From a virus (lineage: Duplodnaviria > Caudoviricetes): DNA of 64,000 nt. Where the stretch lies: the IMG/VR virus record IMGVR_UViG_3300027749_000080, positions 20,195-84,194 of that record. The stretch is one strand, 5' to 3'. Position 1 is the stretch's first letter. Each line of letters opens with the position of its first letter. This document shows positions 9,418 to 18,511 of the stretch, piece after piece. The translations under genes and the position numbers were made by a program. The notes under the pieces were generated by a model. The model had not been told where the DNA came from, did not search any database, and saw only the letters and a list, made by a program, of their open reading frames with translations.

Positions 9418-11442
9418 ATGTCTGGACTAAATCCAACCTTTGGGCTAGAGTTAATAACAGCAGAAGCATTTGCTGGGGTTAATTATATGCGCACATTAGC
9501 TGAAAAAGCAAAAACTCCAGGGTTTGCGTCATTAACTAAAGCATTAGATGAGGCGCCTACTGGAAATGGTGGGTTTTTACAGACAAACGTAAGTTCAATA
9601 TTTAATAAGTTTACAGTATTCCAGTATTCGGCTTTGACGATCGGTTCAATATATAAGCCAGAAGGTCACTTTATTGGATTTTCAACTAATTTAAAATCGG
9701 ATAAAGATTACATATCTGACTCGCTTACTGATCTTGTCCTTAAAAAAACAGTTCTTGACAACATTGAAGATGGCGTAATTAGTAGTGATACTAGTCCTAG
9801 GAGAAGAAGAATAGATTCAGCCTTAGCTGGACTTGAAGCAACTAAAGCAGCGGCCAAAGGCGCTGCTGCTAGTTTTAAATCAAATGTTGAAAATACATTA
9901 TCTAATCCAACTGCGCCAGTTTTAATAAAATGGGGAGCAACAAAATCTCCAGCCTCAGCAATTGGATTTCAGCCATATTCACTAACTGATTTTATGTTTT
10001 GTAAAGATTATGGTAAAATTCCAAATAATCGATTGATAACTTTACGCAGATATCCATTTCCAATTGATGATTCATTAAGATTAGGCCAAACTGACCAAAA
10101 GCGTAATGCATTACCGGTTGCGCAAGCAGTTACTTGGTTTGGTAGTGATACTGGTAATTCATTAAATAGTATTGGACTTTTTAAATGGGATATGACATTT
10201 ACTGATGTTGAAGTTCAGGAACAAATTATTACAGGTAATGAAGTAACGTTGGATGATTTAGCTGAGGTATTTACAAAGATTGGAAAAGGCGGCGACGCTG
10301 TTGTTGGCCTTTTAAAAACTGCATATGCAACAGTTAATGGATCAGATGAATCTATGCAACAAGCAAGCGGATTTGATAAAGAGATGCAAAAATATCAAAG
10401 GAATTTATATGATTCAACATCCGGTCCATATTGGAATCGTATATACGGCCCAGTAAACGTAATTCATAAATCAAGTAAACGTACTAGAGGAATGCAAAAT
10501 CAAAATTGGAATACAACATTTACAATAAACTTTAGATATTCGTTTAGATCGTTTAATGGTATGAGCCCAAAGATTGTAGCCCTAGACCTAATTTCAAATT
10601 TTATTAATTTGACATATAATGATGCCCAATTTTTAGGCCAACTTGCTAGATATTTTCCAAAAACTGGATTAAAAATGAGCCCAACCACAACTGAGGCATT
10701 TGGTAAAATTTTAACAAGTTGGGGATCAAGCTATACTGGAAATAATGCTGATGAGTTTAGTAAAATTTTAACAAATATGAATAGCGCATTAGAAGCAGCT
10801 GGAAGTGCAATTCAAAATAATTTGATGGAGACAATAGGTAAAGGTCTTCAAACTGCATTAATGTCTCCTGATAAATTAGGAAAGGCAATTCCTGAGCTTA
10901 TTTCTGTGAAAGCCGCATTATCCGATAGGCCAGTTGGAGAATGGCATATTGTTGTAGGCAATCCACTTAATCCAATTTTTGTAATGGGAGATTTATTATG
11001 CACAAATGTTGAAATGAAATGGGATGAAGAACTTGGGCCTGATGATTTTCCAACTGGTGTTAGTTTTGGAGTAACCCTAAAACAGGGAAAACCTAGAGAT
11101 AAAACATCAATTGAAAGAATGTTAAATCATGGAGAAACTAAATTAACCTCAGGTATGCTTAGAACCTCTTCAATTAGTGATACCTTTGGTAAAGAAAATA
11201 ATAATGTGTGGTCAGAAGTTAAGGCAACTTCTGAGGGTAAGCAAGACGAATCCCTTGCTGCATATTATGAGCAGTTAGGAGCACCAGCTAAAGCCAGGTA
11301 TGACCAATTTAGAAATAGATTTTTAGTTGGATATGGATTAAGCGAGGCCCCAAAAGCAGTAACCGATAAAGCACTTAAGCCTGACATAATTGATGATAAT
11401 TTACTATTATTTTATTATCAACGCCAATACGGTAAAAACTAA
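9418..11442 (+). CDS. putative baseplate/tail structural protein
   Basis: 674-aa ORF first in a late operon with gp53/gp5-like genes; function from context only. Confidence 0.5.
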   Translation: MSGLNPTFGLELITAEAFAGVNYMRTLAEKAKTPGFASLTKALDEAPTGNGGFLQTNVSSIFNKFTVFQYSALTIGSIYKPEGHFIGFSTNLKSDKDYISDSLTDLVLKKTVLDNIEDGVISSDTSPRRRRIDSALAGLEATKAAAKGAAASFKSNVENTLSNPTAPVLIKWGATKSPASAIGFQPYSLTDFMFCKDYGKIPNNRLITLRRYPFPIDDSLRLGQTDQKRNALPVAQAVTWFGSDTGNSLNSIGLFKWDMTFTDVEVQEQIITGNEVTLDDLAEVFTKIGKGGDAVVGLLKTAYATVNGSDESMQQASGFDKEMQKYQRNLYDSTSGPYWNRIYGPVNVIHKSSKRTRGMQNQNWNTTFTINFRYSFRSFNGMSPKIVALDLISNFINLTYNDAQFLGQLARYFPKTGLKMSPTTTEAFGKILTSWGSSYTGNNADEFSKILTNMNSALEAAGSAIQNNLMETIGKGLQTALMSPDKLGKAIPELISVKAALSDRPVGEWHIVVGNPLNPIFVMGDLLCTNVEMKWDEELGPDDFPTGVSFGVTLKQGKPRDKTSIERMLNHGETKLTSGMLRTSSISDTFGKENNNVWSEVKATSEGKQDESLAAYYEQLGAPAKARYDQFRNRFLVGYGLSEAPKAVTDKALKPDIIDDNLLLFYYQRQYGKN

Positions 11443-11452
11443 TCAATATAAT

Positions 11453-12052
11453 ATGATAGATTTTAAAATATTTCAAAATAAGCTAAGTTTTACAAAAACA
11501 AATGGCGATGTTGTTACTGACTTAACTCGACGCAGTGTTTCATTTAAAGGAGTTTTAGTAAATCAAGGCAGAAGTTTAATAGTTGATGATGGATTACAAA
11601 TGAGAGGAGACTTACTTTCAAAAATTTTATATCAAACCACTTCATTTATGTGTGTGTTATTTAAGTATAATGGAATATCTAATCCATTTTCATTAGATAT
11701 TAATGATTTTATTAAAGCGCCAGATGGTGCAGTATTATCAGCAATGTTAACTAATCCTGCTAATATTAATGGAAGTAATAATAATTGGGAGACTTCTACT
11801 AGAAAAAAGAAAAAGACTGCACTAATTTCTCCAAAAACTAAACAGGATAAAATGCGGCTTGATTATTTACAGAAAAATACAAATACAGCAATCGCACCTC
11901 CTAATATAGCCAAAGACACCTCAGTAAAAGTGGTGAATGGTAAGATTATTTTTGGAGCTGATGTTACATCAGTGAAAAAGGAGGACTGCCCTGATCCAAT
12001 CTCTAGGACTAAGCTACAAGCAGCATTGGTAAAAAATAAAATATTTGGTTAA
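11453..12052 (+). CDS. baseplate wedge protein, T4 gp53/LysM-like
   Basis: RGDLLSKILY...LFKYNGISNPF pattern; start moved to ATG 11453. Confidence 0.6.
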   Translation: MIDFKIFQNKLSFTKTNGDVVTDLTRRSVSFKGVLVNQGRSLIVDDGLQMRGDLLSKILYQTTSFMCVLFKYNGISNPFSLDINDFIKAPDGAVLSAMLTNPANINGSNNNWETSTRKKKKTALISPKTKQDKMRLDYLQKNTNTAIAPPNIAKDTSVKVVNGKIIFGADVTSVKKEDCPDPISRTKLQAALVKNKIFG

Positions 12053-13548
12053 TGGCAGCGGTTAAAGACTTAATTATACAAACACTTGAGCCAACAATTA
12101 CTCCACCAAGTATTAGTTTACTTGATCTTGAAACTGCTGGTCCAGATACAAGCGTTAGGTCTGCTTCCCAGTCAGGCTATGCTCAACAGTTAGGTAAAAA
12201 ATCTCCATTAATTAGAATTGGAAATTCTACAATTGCTCCAGAGAACGTAATATCAATGTCAGTATCAATGAATTCAATTATACCTACAATTCATGTAGCT
12301 GTAATTGATACAATGGGAACACTAACTTCACGAACATATCCTAGGACTAATTTATTAATCACTGCATTTGTTGCACAAAGCCATCCAAAATTAAAATCCT
12401 TTTCTCAATCATTCTTAATTACAAATGTCAATTCAATACCATTGGGTTTTGGAGAAACCAGATATGATTTCTTTGGGGAATTGTATATTCCAAATTTGAA
12501 TGGTAATTTTATTAAATCATATAATGGTCTAACTTCAGCACAAGCACTAAAAAAAGTAGCAGAAGAATTAGGATTAGGTTTTGCAACAAATGAAGATACG
12601 ACTGATGATAAAATGACTTGGATTAATCCTAACTTAAATTATAAATCATTTATTAAGCAAGTAACAGATCACTCATATAAAAATGAAAAGTCTTTTTTTG
12701 AATGTTTTATTGACCGGTATTATGTACTTAATTTTATTAATGTTGAAAAACAATTTAAACAGTTTAATGATGATAAAGAAATATCAGACGGATATCCAGC
12801 AATATCAGCTGAATCAATTGATACTTCTAGAGCAGAAAATGGAAATACAATATTATCACCAGATACAACAATTAAGCTTATTTTAACAAATTCATCTAGC
12901 GGAAGTAAATTATCTGAGATGAAAATTTTAGAATATTCAATGATTGGCGAAAATGGAGATATTTTAAAAAATAATGGTTTTAGAAAAAGAATTTTTATTT
13001 ATAAACATGGAGAGACTGATCCACTTAACACCTGGTTTGTTGAACCTCTATCTGAAGCATCAGCGGATGGAGTAAGTGTATATCAATTGCCTGATCTAAA
13101 AGATTATATTGATAATGATGTTGTTAAATGGATGGGAACTGATTATAACAATGCTCATCTAAATTATAAATTTGCAAAATTATTAAATAATCATAATTTA
13201 GTTGAATCAAATAAAAATGCACTTTTGGTTAAATTGCCTGGGTTTAATCATAATATACTTAGAGGAAGTAGAATTAAGGTAAATATATATTCAACCAGAA
13301 CTCAACAAATGAGTCATGATAAAATACAAAATGATTTGGCAGTACCTAGTGATTCTCAAAAATCCGATAATCCAATGGAGAGTAGTGCATCTGCTGAAAT
13401 ATTAGATACATATTTAAGTGATACATATTATGTAAAGAGTATAGATTATCATTATAATACGCAGGACCCGGCATATAAATTTACAACAACAATGATTTTA
13501 AGTAGAAAAAATTGGTTACCTGAACCAAAGGTAGAAAATAAAGAATAA
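12052..13548 (+). CDS. putative baseplate hub protein (gp27/VgrG-like)
   Basis: Size, position and C-terminal Y(Y)V.SI.Y.Y...T.M.L.R strand pattern. Confidence 0.5.
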   Translation: MAAVKDLIIQTLEPTITPPSISLLDLETAGPDTSVRSASQSGYAQQLGKKSPLIRIGNSTIAPENVISMSVSMNSIIPTIHVAVIDTMGTLTSRTYPRTNLLITAFVAQSHPKLKSFSQSFLITNVNSIPLGFGETRYDFFGELYIPNLNGNFIKSYNGLTSAQALKKVAEELGLGFATNEDTTDDKMTWINPNLNYKSFIKQVTDHSYKNEKSFFECFIDRYYVLNFINVEKQFKQFNDDKEISDGYPAISAESIDTSRAENGNTILSPDTTIKLILTNSSSGSKLSEMKILEYSMIGENGDILKNNGFRKRIFIYKHGETDPLNTWFVEPLSEASADGVSVYQLPDLKDYIDNDVVKWMGTDYNNAHLNYKFAKLLNNHNLVESNKNALLVKLPGFNHNILRGSRIKVNIYSTRTQQMSHDKIQNDLAVPSDSQKSDNPMESSASAEILDTYLSDTYYVKSIDYHYNTQDPAYKFTTTMILSRKNWLPEPKVENKE

Positions 13549-13550
13549 TT

Positions 13551-14636
13551 ATGGCAGTAAATTTTAAAACAAATGGACCAAGAAGATGGAAGCAGTTTGT
13601 AAAAACTTCGCTTAATGATATACAGGATCCAATATTCCTGACATTTGACTTGGACTTTTTTCCACCAATACATCAACAAACTGCATCAAATGATGGATTA
13701 TATTTTGATGGATTATTTAAGAAGGGACATGTGGCAACCAAAGACGAGAGTGAATATAACTTGGTTGAATGGGCAGCAATTGACTGGTTGTATGCATATG
13801 GTTCTCCATGGACAAAAAAGAATTTTCAATATTTAGGAGATGCCACAGTATTATTAAAACAATTACAAGAGAGCCCATGGTATTTTCAATCTATTATGGG
13901 AGTAGATAGTTTATGGAAAGCTGCAAGTAGAGTTAAAGAAGGGGATAAAAAGATTGAAATTACTATAAATTGCCTTGATTCAATACAGCAACCATTACTT
14001 AGATTTGCTGAAGCATATCGCCGCGCAATTTATGATTTTGATAAACTATGTTATACACTACCAGATAATCTTAGAACATTTGATATGACAATTACTCTAT
14101 TTGAAATTAGAGATATTAGTGATGACTCTGGTAATTTAGAAAATGGACTTCACCAGTTAAAATATAGACTACAACGCTGTGAATTTGATTTTTCAGATAT
14201 ACTTAATGGTGCAGGTACTACTGAAATTAAAGCGTATACTGAAGATAAACCTTTTAGTACATCATTTAAAATTAGAGCAGCATGGGTAATGGAAGAGTCA
14301 GAGTCCTCAAACGTGTCTAATTATCAGTCATTAGGTATTTTTTCAGGCCTAGCAAGTTCGCTTGGAAGTAAAGCTCAAGGCTTTTTACAAAGTGCAGCAC
14401 GACTACCGGCCCGAATACTTGGGGATCTTACCAACCAATTACAAACTAAACTTGAAACCGCATTAGGCCAAAATGTGTATAATAGAACTACTGAAGTACT
14501 TGGAACAAATCAACTATTTGGTAGAACTTCACCAGTTGGACCAGGCGGTGGAGCTGTTGTTAATGACGATGTTTATCCAGGAGTGGATAAGAAGCCTGTA
14601 ATTAAGGATGGCGGTTTGGGTGATGTTTATCCATAA
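13551..14636 (+). CDS. putative tail-tube-like baseplate protein (gp48/gp54-like)
   Basis: Position before gp5-like gene; tube-like beta pattern; weak call. Confidence 0.4.
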   Translation: MAVNFKTNGPRRWKQFVKTSLNDIQDPIFLTFDLDFFPPIHQQTASNDGLYFDGLFKKGHVATKDESEYNLVEWAAIDWLYAYGSPWTKKNFQYLGDATVLLKQLQESPWYFQSIMGVDSLWKAASRVKEGDKKIEITINCLDSIQQPLLRFAEAYRRAIYDFDKLCYTLPDNLRTFDMTITLFEIRDISDDSGNLENGLHQLKYRLQRCEFDFSDILNGAGTTEIKAYTEDKPFSTSFKIRAAWVMEESESSNVSNYQSLGIFSGLASSLGSKAQGFLQSAARLPARILGDLTNQLQTKLETALGQNVYNRTTEVLGTNQLFGRTSPVGPGGGAVVNDDVYPGVDKKPVIKDGGLGDVYP

Positions 14637-14675
14637 TTCTAATAATAGGTAAAGTGAAAAGTTAAAAAGTGTAAA

Positions 14676-15479
14676 ATGATAGGACCAAATCACGATATAG
14701 ACAAGGATCCAACTGGATCGGATAATTTAACTACTAAATTTCTTGGTGAAGTAGTTGATGTTACTGACCCATTACGTGAGGGTCGGTGTAAAATTAAAGT
14801 ATTTAGTATTTTTGATACTTTACCAGTTGAGGATATTCCATGGGCAACACAGTCTCAAAAACCTGCATTTTTTGGGCAAGATGCAAAGGCTGGCTCAATT
14901 TCAATTCCTAAAAAAGGAGCAATTGTAAATGTCCGATTTAATAATGGCGATCTTTATTCTCCAGAGTATGAACAGGTGCAGGAAATTGGAGATGATATTA
15001 AAGAAGAACTTAAGAAGAGTACGGATTACGAATATGAAGGCGCTCACTATATCTTATTTGATGGAGATGAACAAATTAAATTTTGGTTTAATAAAGGTAA
15101 AGGCTTAACCCTTGAGATGAAAGACTCTTACCTAAACATTGATCAAAATTCCAAAATTGAACTTTATCATAAAGATGGACTATCGTCAGTTGAATTAGAT
15201 GGAAATGTTATTACAGTAATGAGTCAATCTCAAGTAAATGTAGTTTCAAATTCAATTAAAACCAGTGCTCAAAATGTTCACATTGACGGTAAAACAACCC
15301 GAATTGGATCATCTAATGTTGTTGAAAGTGCAGTAATGGGAGATACTTTATACGCTGCATTATACGGCTTAGCTGCCATGATTGATGCTAAAATGCCTGC
15401 AACACCAGGTGCAGCACAACAATATATACAAAATTTAAGAGATGCAATGCTTTCTGAAACAGTAGCAATTGGCCATTAA
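14676..15479 (+). CDS. baseplate spike protein with gp5-like OB fold
   Basis: GEVVDVTDPLREGRCKIKVF...IPWA; C-terminal beta-helix-like repeats; no lysozyme domain. Confidence 0.75.
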   Translation: MIGPNHDIDKDPTGSDNLTTKFLGEVVDVTDPLREGRCKIKVFSIFDTLPVEDIPWATQSQKPAFFGQDAKAGSISIPKKGAIVNVRFNNGDLYSPEYEQVQEIGDDIKEELKKSTDYEYEGAHYILFDGDEQIKFWFNKGKGLTLEMKDSYLNIDQNSKIELYHKDGLSSVELDGNVITVMSQSQVNVVSNSIKTSAQNVHIDGKTTRIGSSNVVESAVMGDTLYAALYGLAAMIDAKMPATPGAAQQYIQNLRDAMLSETVAIGH

Positions 15480-15504
15480 ACTTATTTAGTCTAATTAGTA
15501 TTAG
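15477..15504 (+). promoter_or_regulatory. putative early/middle promoter TAAAC-N17-TATTAG
   Basis: Variant of the bipartite motif upstream of dnaJ. Confidence 0.45.
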
Positions 15505-15525
15505 ATAGTAAATTACAATTCACAT

Positions 15526-16437
15526 TTGTTGAAGAATCATTACCAAACGCTTGGGGTCTCAGAAACCTCAACCCATGACGATATCCGAAAGGCATATCGA
15601 AAACTTGCAACCAAATATCATCCAGATAAAAATGGTGGAAGCTCTGAGGCGGAAGATAAATTCAAAGAAATTGCAGAAGCTTATGAGACCTTAGGTAATG
15701 AAGATAAACGTACAACTTATGATAATTCCAGAAAATTTGGTGATTCACGGAATGCTGATTTTTTTGGTAATTTTGGATCATTTAGAGACTTTTCATTTGG
15801 TGGAAACAGATCACATGATTTTAGAAACTTAACAATAATGGTTGATAAGTGGGCCACTATTAAGGAATTAATGGATGGAGCTGTATTTGATATACAATAT
15901 ATTGTAAATAAAACAATTTCAGGCTCGGCAAAATCTGAAAATAAACAGGTTAGGGTTAAAATTGACTTGGCAAATGAAAGTTATCCAATTTCATTTGATA
16001 ATGGCAGATATTTAATTACTTTAAAAGTTAGAGGCGGTGGCTCAGGTCAAGAAATTGAAGATTTTGACTATTTGGGTAAAAAAAGAAATTCAGTAGTTAC
16101 TGGTGATTTAATAGTTCGTATAAACATTGATATGTTAGGACTTACCCTTGACCAAAGTGATATTATTCAGGACTTTGAGCTAAGTTTACATGATATATTA
16201 TTCACTGAAGAAGTTATCCTGGAAAGCCCAATGGGCAAAAAGTATCGAATTAAATCGTTTAATCGAGATACTCTAAATAATATAACCGTCAAAATACCTA
16301 ATCAAGGCTTGCTCTCTGCATTTGGTCACAAAGGAAGCTATGTGTTTAAGATATTGGTTAAAAAGCCAAATTTTTCAAATATTAGTGAAGAAAACTTACA
16401 AATTTTAAAAGACTTGCTGATTGACGTTAATAAATAA
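15526..16437 (+). CDS. dnaJ: DnaJ-family co-chaperone without zinc finger
   Basis: J-domain with HPD, G/F-rich linker, C-terminal domain; TTG start. Confidence 0.85.
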   Translation: MLKNHYQTLGVSETSTHDDIRKAYRKLATKYHPDKNGGSSEAEDKFKEIAEAYETLGNEDKRTTYDNSRKFGDSRNADFFGNFGSFRDFSFGGNRSHDFRNLTIMVDKWATIKELMDGAVFDIQYIVNKTISGSAKSENKQVRVKIDLANESYPISFDNGRYLITLKVRGGGSGQEIEDFDYLGKKRNSVVTGDLIVRINIDMLGLTLDQSDIIQDFELSLHDILFTEEVILESPMGKKYRIKSFNRDTLNNITVKIPNQGLLSAFGHKGSYVFKILVKKPNFSNISEENLQILKDLLIDVNK

Positions 16438-16476
16438 TGTTAGTACGGCCTACCTAGAGTAATAGGAATGGACTCG

Positions 16477-16486
16477 TATAAATAAT
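16477..16486 (+). promoter_or_regulatory. late promoter TATAAATAAT (second box AATAAATAAT at 16429-16438)
   Basis: Exact T4 late consensus TATAAATA upstream of the protease gene. Confidence 0.7.
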
Positions 16487-16504
16487 CAAAAAAGTCTAAC
16501 TAAG

Positions 16505-18493
16505 TTGACTACTACTAATATTAAAAGTTTAAACCAACCTGCTATCCCAGAGAATTCAGTGTTTATCATTGAGCATCTAAATGAAGCAGTTACGGTAACT
16601 AGAGAAAACAATGATGTTATTCTTGAAGGTACTGCGGCAGTTTTCGGAGTAATGAATGAAAACAATCGTATTTACGAAAAACAAGAATACTTACCTCATT
16701 TAACTTACTTAAATGAGAAGATCAAACAACGCAGACTATTTGGTGAACTTGATCATCCACAAAAATTTGATGTTTCGTTAGCTAATGTATCTCACGTAAT
16801 TGAGGGACTTACTTATGATGAACCAACTAATAGTGTAAAAATTAGACTGCGTTTATTAGATACACCATGCGGTAGAATTGCAAAAACCTTGGTTGAAGCC
16901 GGTTGTACCACTTCAATCTCTTCAAGAGCTGCAGGTAATGTTGCTGAGAATGGAAAGGTTAAATTAGCAAAAATATTCACATACGATTTGGTTGCAGAAC
17001 CTGGTTTTGCACAAGCTGCGCTTGGCCAAGTATCTGAAAGTTTGCAAAATAACTATTCTGCAATATTTGAATCACTAGATTCATTAAGAACTACTGCAAT
17101 CACTACCAAGTTAACAGATATTTCTGAAAACTTTGGTTTTGAGGATTCTGTGAAGATTTACAGAATAAATAATCAAGAAATACCAACTAAACAAAATAAT
17201 ACACAGCAAATGGCTAATGAGTTTGTAACAAAAGAAGAGATGAATCAGTATTCTGAACTGGTTAAAAAGAAATTTTCTTCTCTACAAGAGAATATCTCTA
17301 AAAACAATAAAGGTCTTCAAAAGATCAGCGAAAATGCAACCGAAGGAGAATCTCCAGTTGTTGCTAAAATGGTAGAATACGTTAACTACTTAGCTGGCGA
17401 AATGGAGCAGTTAGTTGAATACTCTAACTATCTTTCAACAATGTTAAATCAAGGTATTAATTACACTGAGCACGTTGCAGAGAAAGTTAATACTGTAATC
17501 GATTATTCTGATTACTTAGCAGAAAAAGTAGAAAAGAATATTCAATACTCTGACTATTTAGGAGAGAAAGTTAATCAAAATATTAACTATTCTGAATATA
17601 TTGCAGAAAACGTAGAAAAAACAGTTGAATACGCTAACTACATTGCAGAAAACGTAGATAAAGGCATTCAATACACTGAATACGTTGCTGAAAGCGCAGA
17701 AAAAGGAATTCAATTTTCAAATTACCTAGCTGAGAATTTAGATGCAGCAATTAAATACTCTAATTATCTTGGAGAAAACCTTGATCAAGGTATTAAATAT
17801 TCAGAATATATTGCTGAATCATTAAATGAAAAAATCACTCCTTCAGCTTTAACTAAAACTCGTTCTTTACTTGGAGAAGTTAAAAAATTAAACGAAGGTG
17901 TAGAATTTGAAGTTAATGAAACTTCTTCAGTTGATGATCTAGTTGGAGCAGTTGATGGAATCTTAACTCACATTAAATCAAATTCAGCTAAAGCTGTTTT
18001 GGAAAACAAATATCCATTCCTAAAATTGTTAAACGAAGGTCGTAAGCAAGCATTCTATAATTTAGATCAAGCTACTAAATCTGCAATTGTTGAAACAATG
18101 CAAGGAGCTATTTACTTTAACGAAGGTGAAGTAGTTAATATTATGGAAGCAGTTCTTAACAAGCAAGTTGAAAACACTCCTAATTATATTAAACTTATGC
18201 CAGCTGCATACAAGCAATTATTTGAAGGTATGACTGATGGAGAGAAAAATTGGATGGCTTCTCAAGCTAATAACTTCACTCTAAATACTTCATATCAAGT
18301 TAAGTCTTTCTGGGATTCTCGCGATTTCAGAGGAATTAATGAAAGAATTGCAACTGAAACAATTATAAATAATAATTCTATTAACGAAAACCAAGGTAAA
18401 GAAGGTTACGTATCGTTAAACCAAATAAACGAAAGTCTACGTGGTTATTCTAATAACTACATGGACGCTCTTAAAAGAAGAGCACAAAATTAA
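16505..18493 (+). CDS. prohead protease (gp21-like) fused to scaffold domain
   Basis: NENNRIY, GELDHP, SHVI, ISSRAAG, TYDLVAEPGF motifs; long coiled-coil repeat C-terminus; directly upstream of MCP; TTG start. Confidence 0.85.
   Translation: MTTTNIKSLNQPAIPENSVFIIEHLNEAVTVTRENNDVILEGTAAVFGVMNENNRIYEKQEYLPHLTYLNEKIKQRRLFGELDHPQKFDVSLANVSHVIEGLTYDEPTNSVKIRLRLLDTPCGRIAKTLVEAGCTTSISSRAAGNVAENGKVKLAKIFTYDLVAEPGFAQAALGQVSESLQNNYSAIFESLDSLRTTAITTKLTDISENFGFEDSVKIYRINNQEIPTKQNNTQQMANEFVTKEEMNQYSELVKKKFSSLQENISKNNKGLQKISENATEGESPVVAKMVEYVNYLAGEMEQLVEYSNYLSTMLNQGINYTEHVAEKVNTVIDYSDYLAEKVEKNIQYSDYLGEKVNQNINYSEYIAENVEKTVEYANYIAENVDKGIQYTEYVAESAEKGIQFSNYLAENLDAAIKYSNYLGENLDQGIKYSEYIAESLNEKITPSALTKTRSLLGEVKKLNEGVEFEVNETSSVDDLVGAVDGILTHIKSNSAKAVLENKYPFLKLLNEGRKQAFYNLDQATKSAIVETMQGAIYFNEGEVVNIMEAVLNKQVENTPNYIKLMPAAYKQLFEGMTDGEKNWMASQANNFTLNTSYQVKSFWDSRDFRGINERIATETIINNNSINENQGKEGYVSLNQINESLRGYSNNYMDALKRRAQN
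17164..17173 (+). promoter_or_regulatory. internal late promoter AATAAATAAT
   Basis: Lies just after the protease domain, 37 nt before in-frame ATG 17210. Confidence 0.55.
17210..18493 (+). CDS. putative nested in-frame scaffold protein (427 aa, MANEFVTKEE...)
   Basis: In-frame ATG with A-rich leader and its own late box. Confidence 0.5.
   Translation: MANEFVTKEEMNQYSELVKKKFSSLQENISKNNKGLQKISENATEGESPVVAKMVEYVNYLAGEMEQLVEYSNYLSTMLNQGINYTEHVAEKVNTVIDYSDYLAEKVEKNIQYSDYLGEKVNQNINYSEYIAENVEKTVEYANYIAENVDKGIQYTEYVAESAEKGIQFSNYLAENLDAAIKYSNYLGENLDQGIKYSEYIAESLNEKITPSALTKTRSLLGEVKKLNEGVEFEVNETSSVDDLVGAVDGILTHIKSNSAKAVLENKYPFLKLLNEGRKQAFYNLDQATKSAIVETMQGAIYFNEGEVVNIMEAVLNKQVENTPNYIKLMPAAYKQLFEGMTDGEKNWMASQANNFTLNTSYQVKSFWDSRDFRGINERIATETIINNNSINENQGKEGYVSLNQINESLRGYSNNYMDALKRRAQN
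17375..17836 (+). repeat. 11 x 42-bp (14-aa) tandem coding repeat, consensus xYSxYLAExVxxxI
   Basis: Counted from the translation, EYVNYLAGEMEQLV to KYSEYIAESLNEKI. Confidence 0.85.
18364..18373 (+). promoter_or_regulatory. internal late promoter TATAAATAAT for the capsid gene
   Basis: Exact TATAAATA about 140 nt upstream of the MCP start. Confidence 0.5.
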
Positions 18494-18511
18494 AAAAACA
18501 TTTTTTAAAAA

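Noticed and set aside
17375-17836. 42-bp periodicity as a possible CRISPR-like or DNA-level repeat
   Set aside because: It is degenerate at synonymous positions and in frame, so it is a protein coiled-coil repeat.
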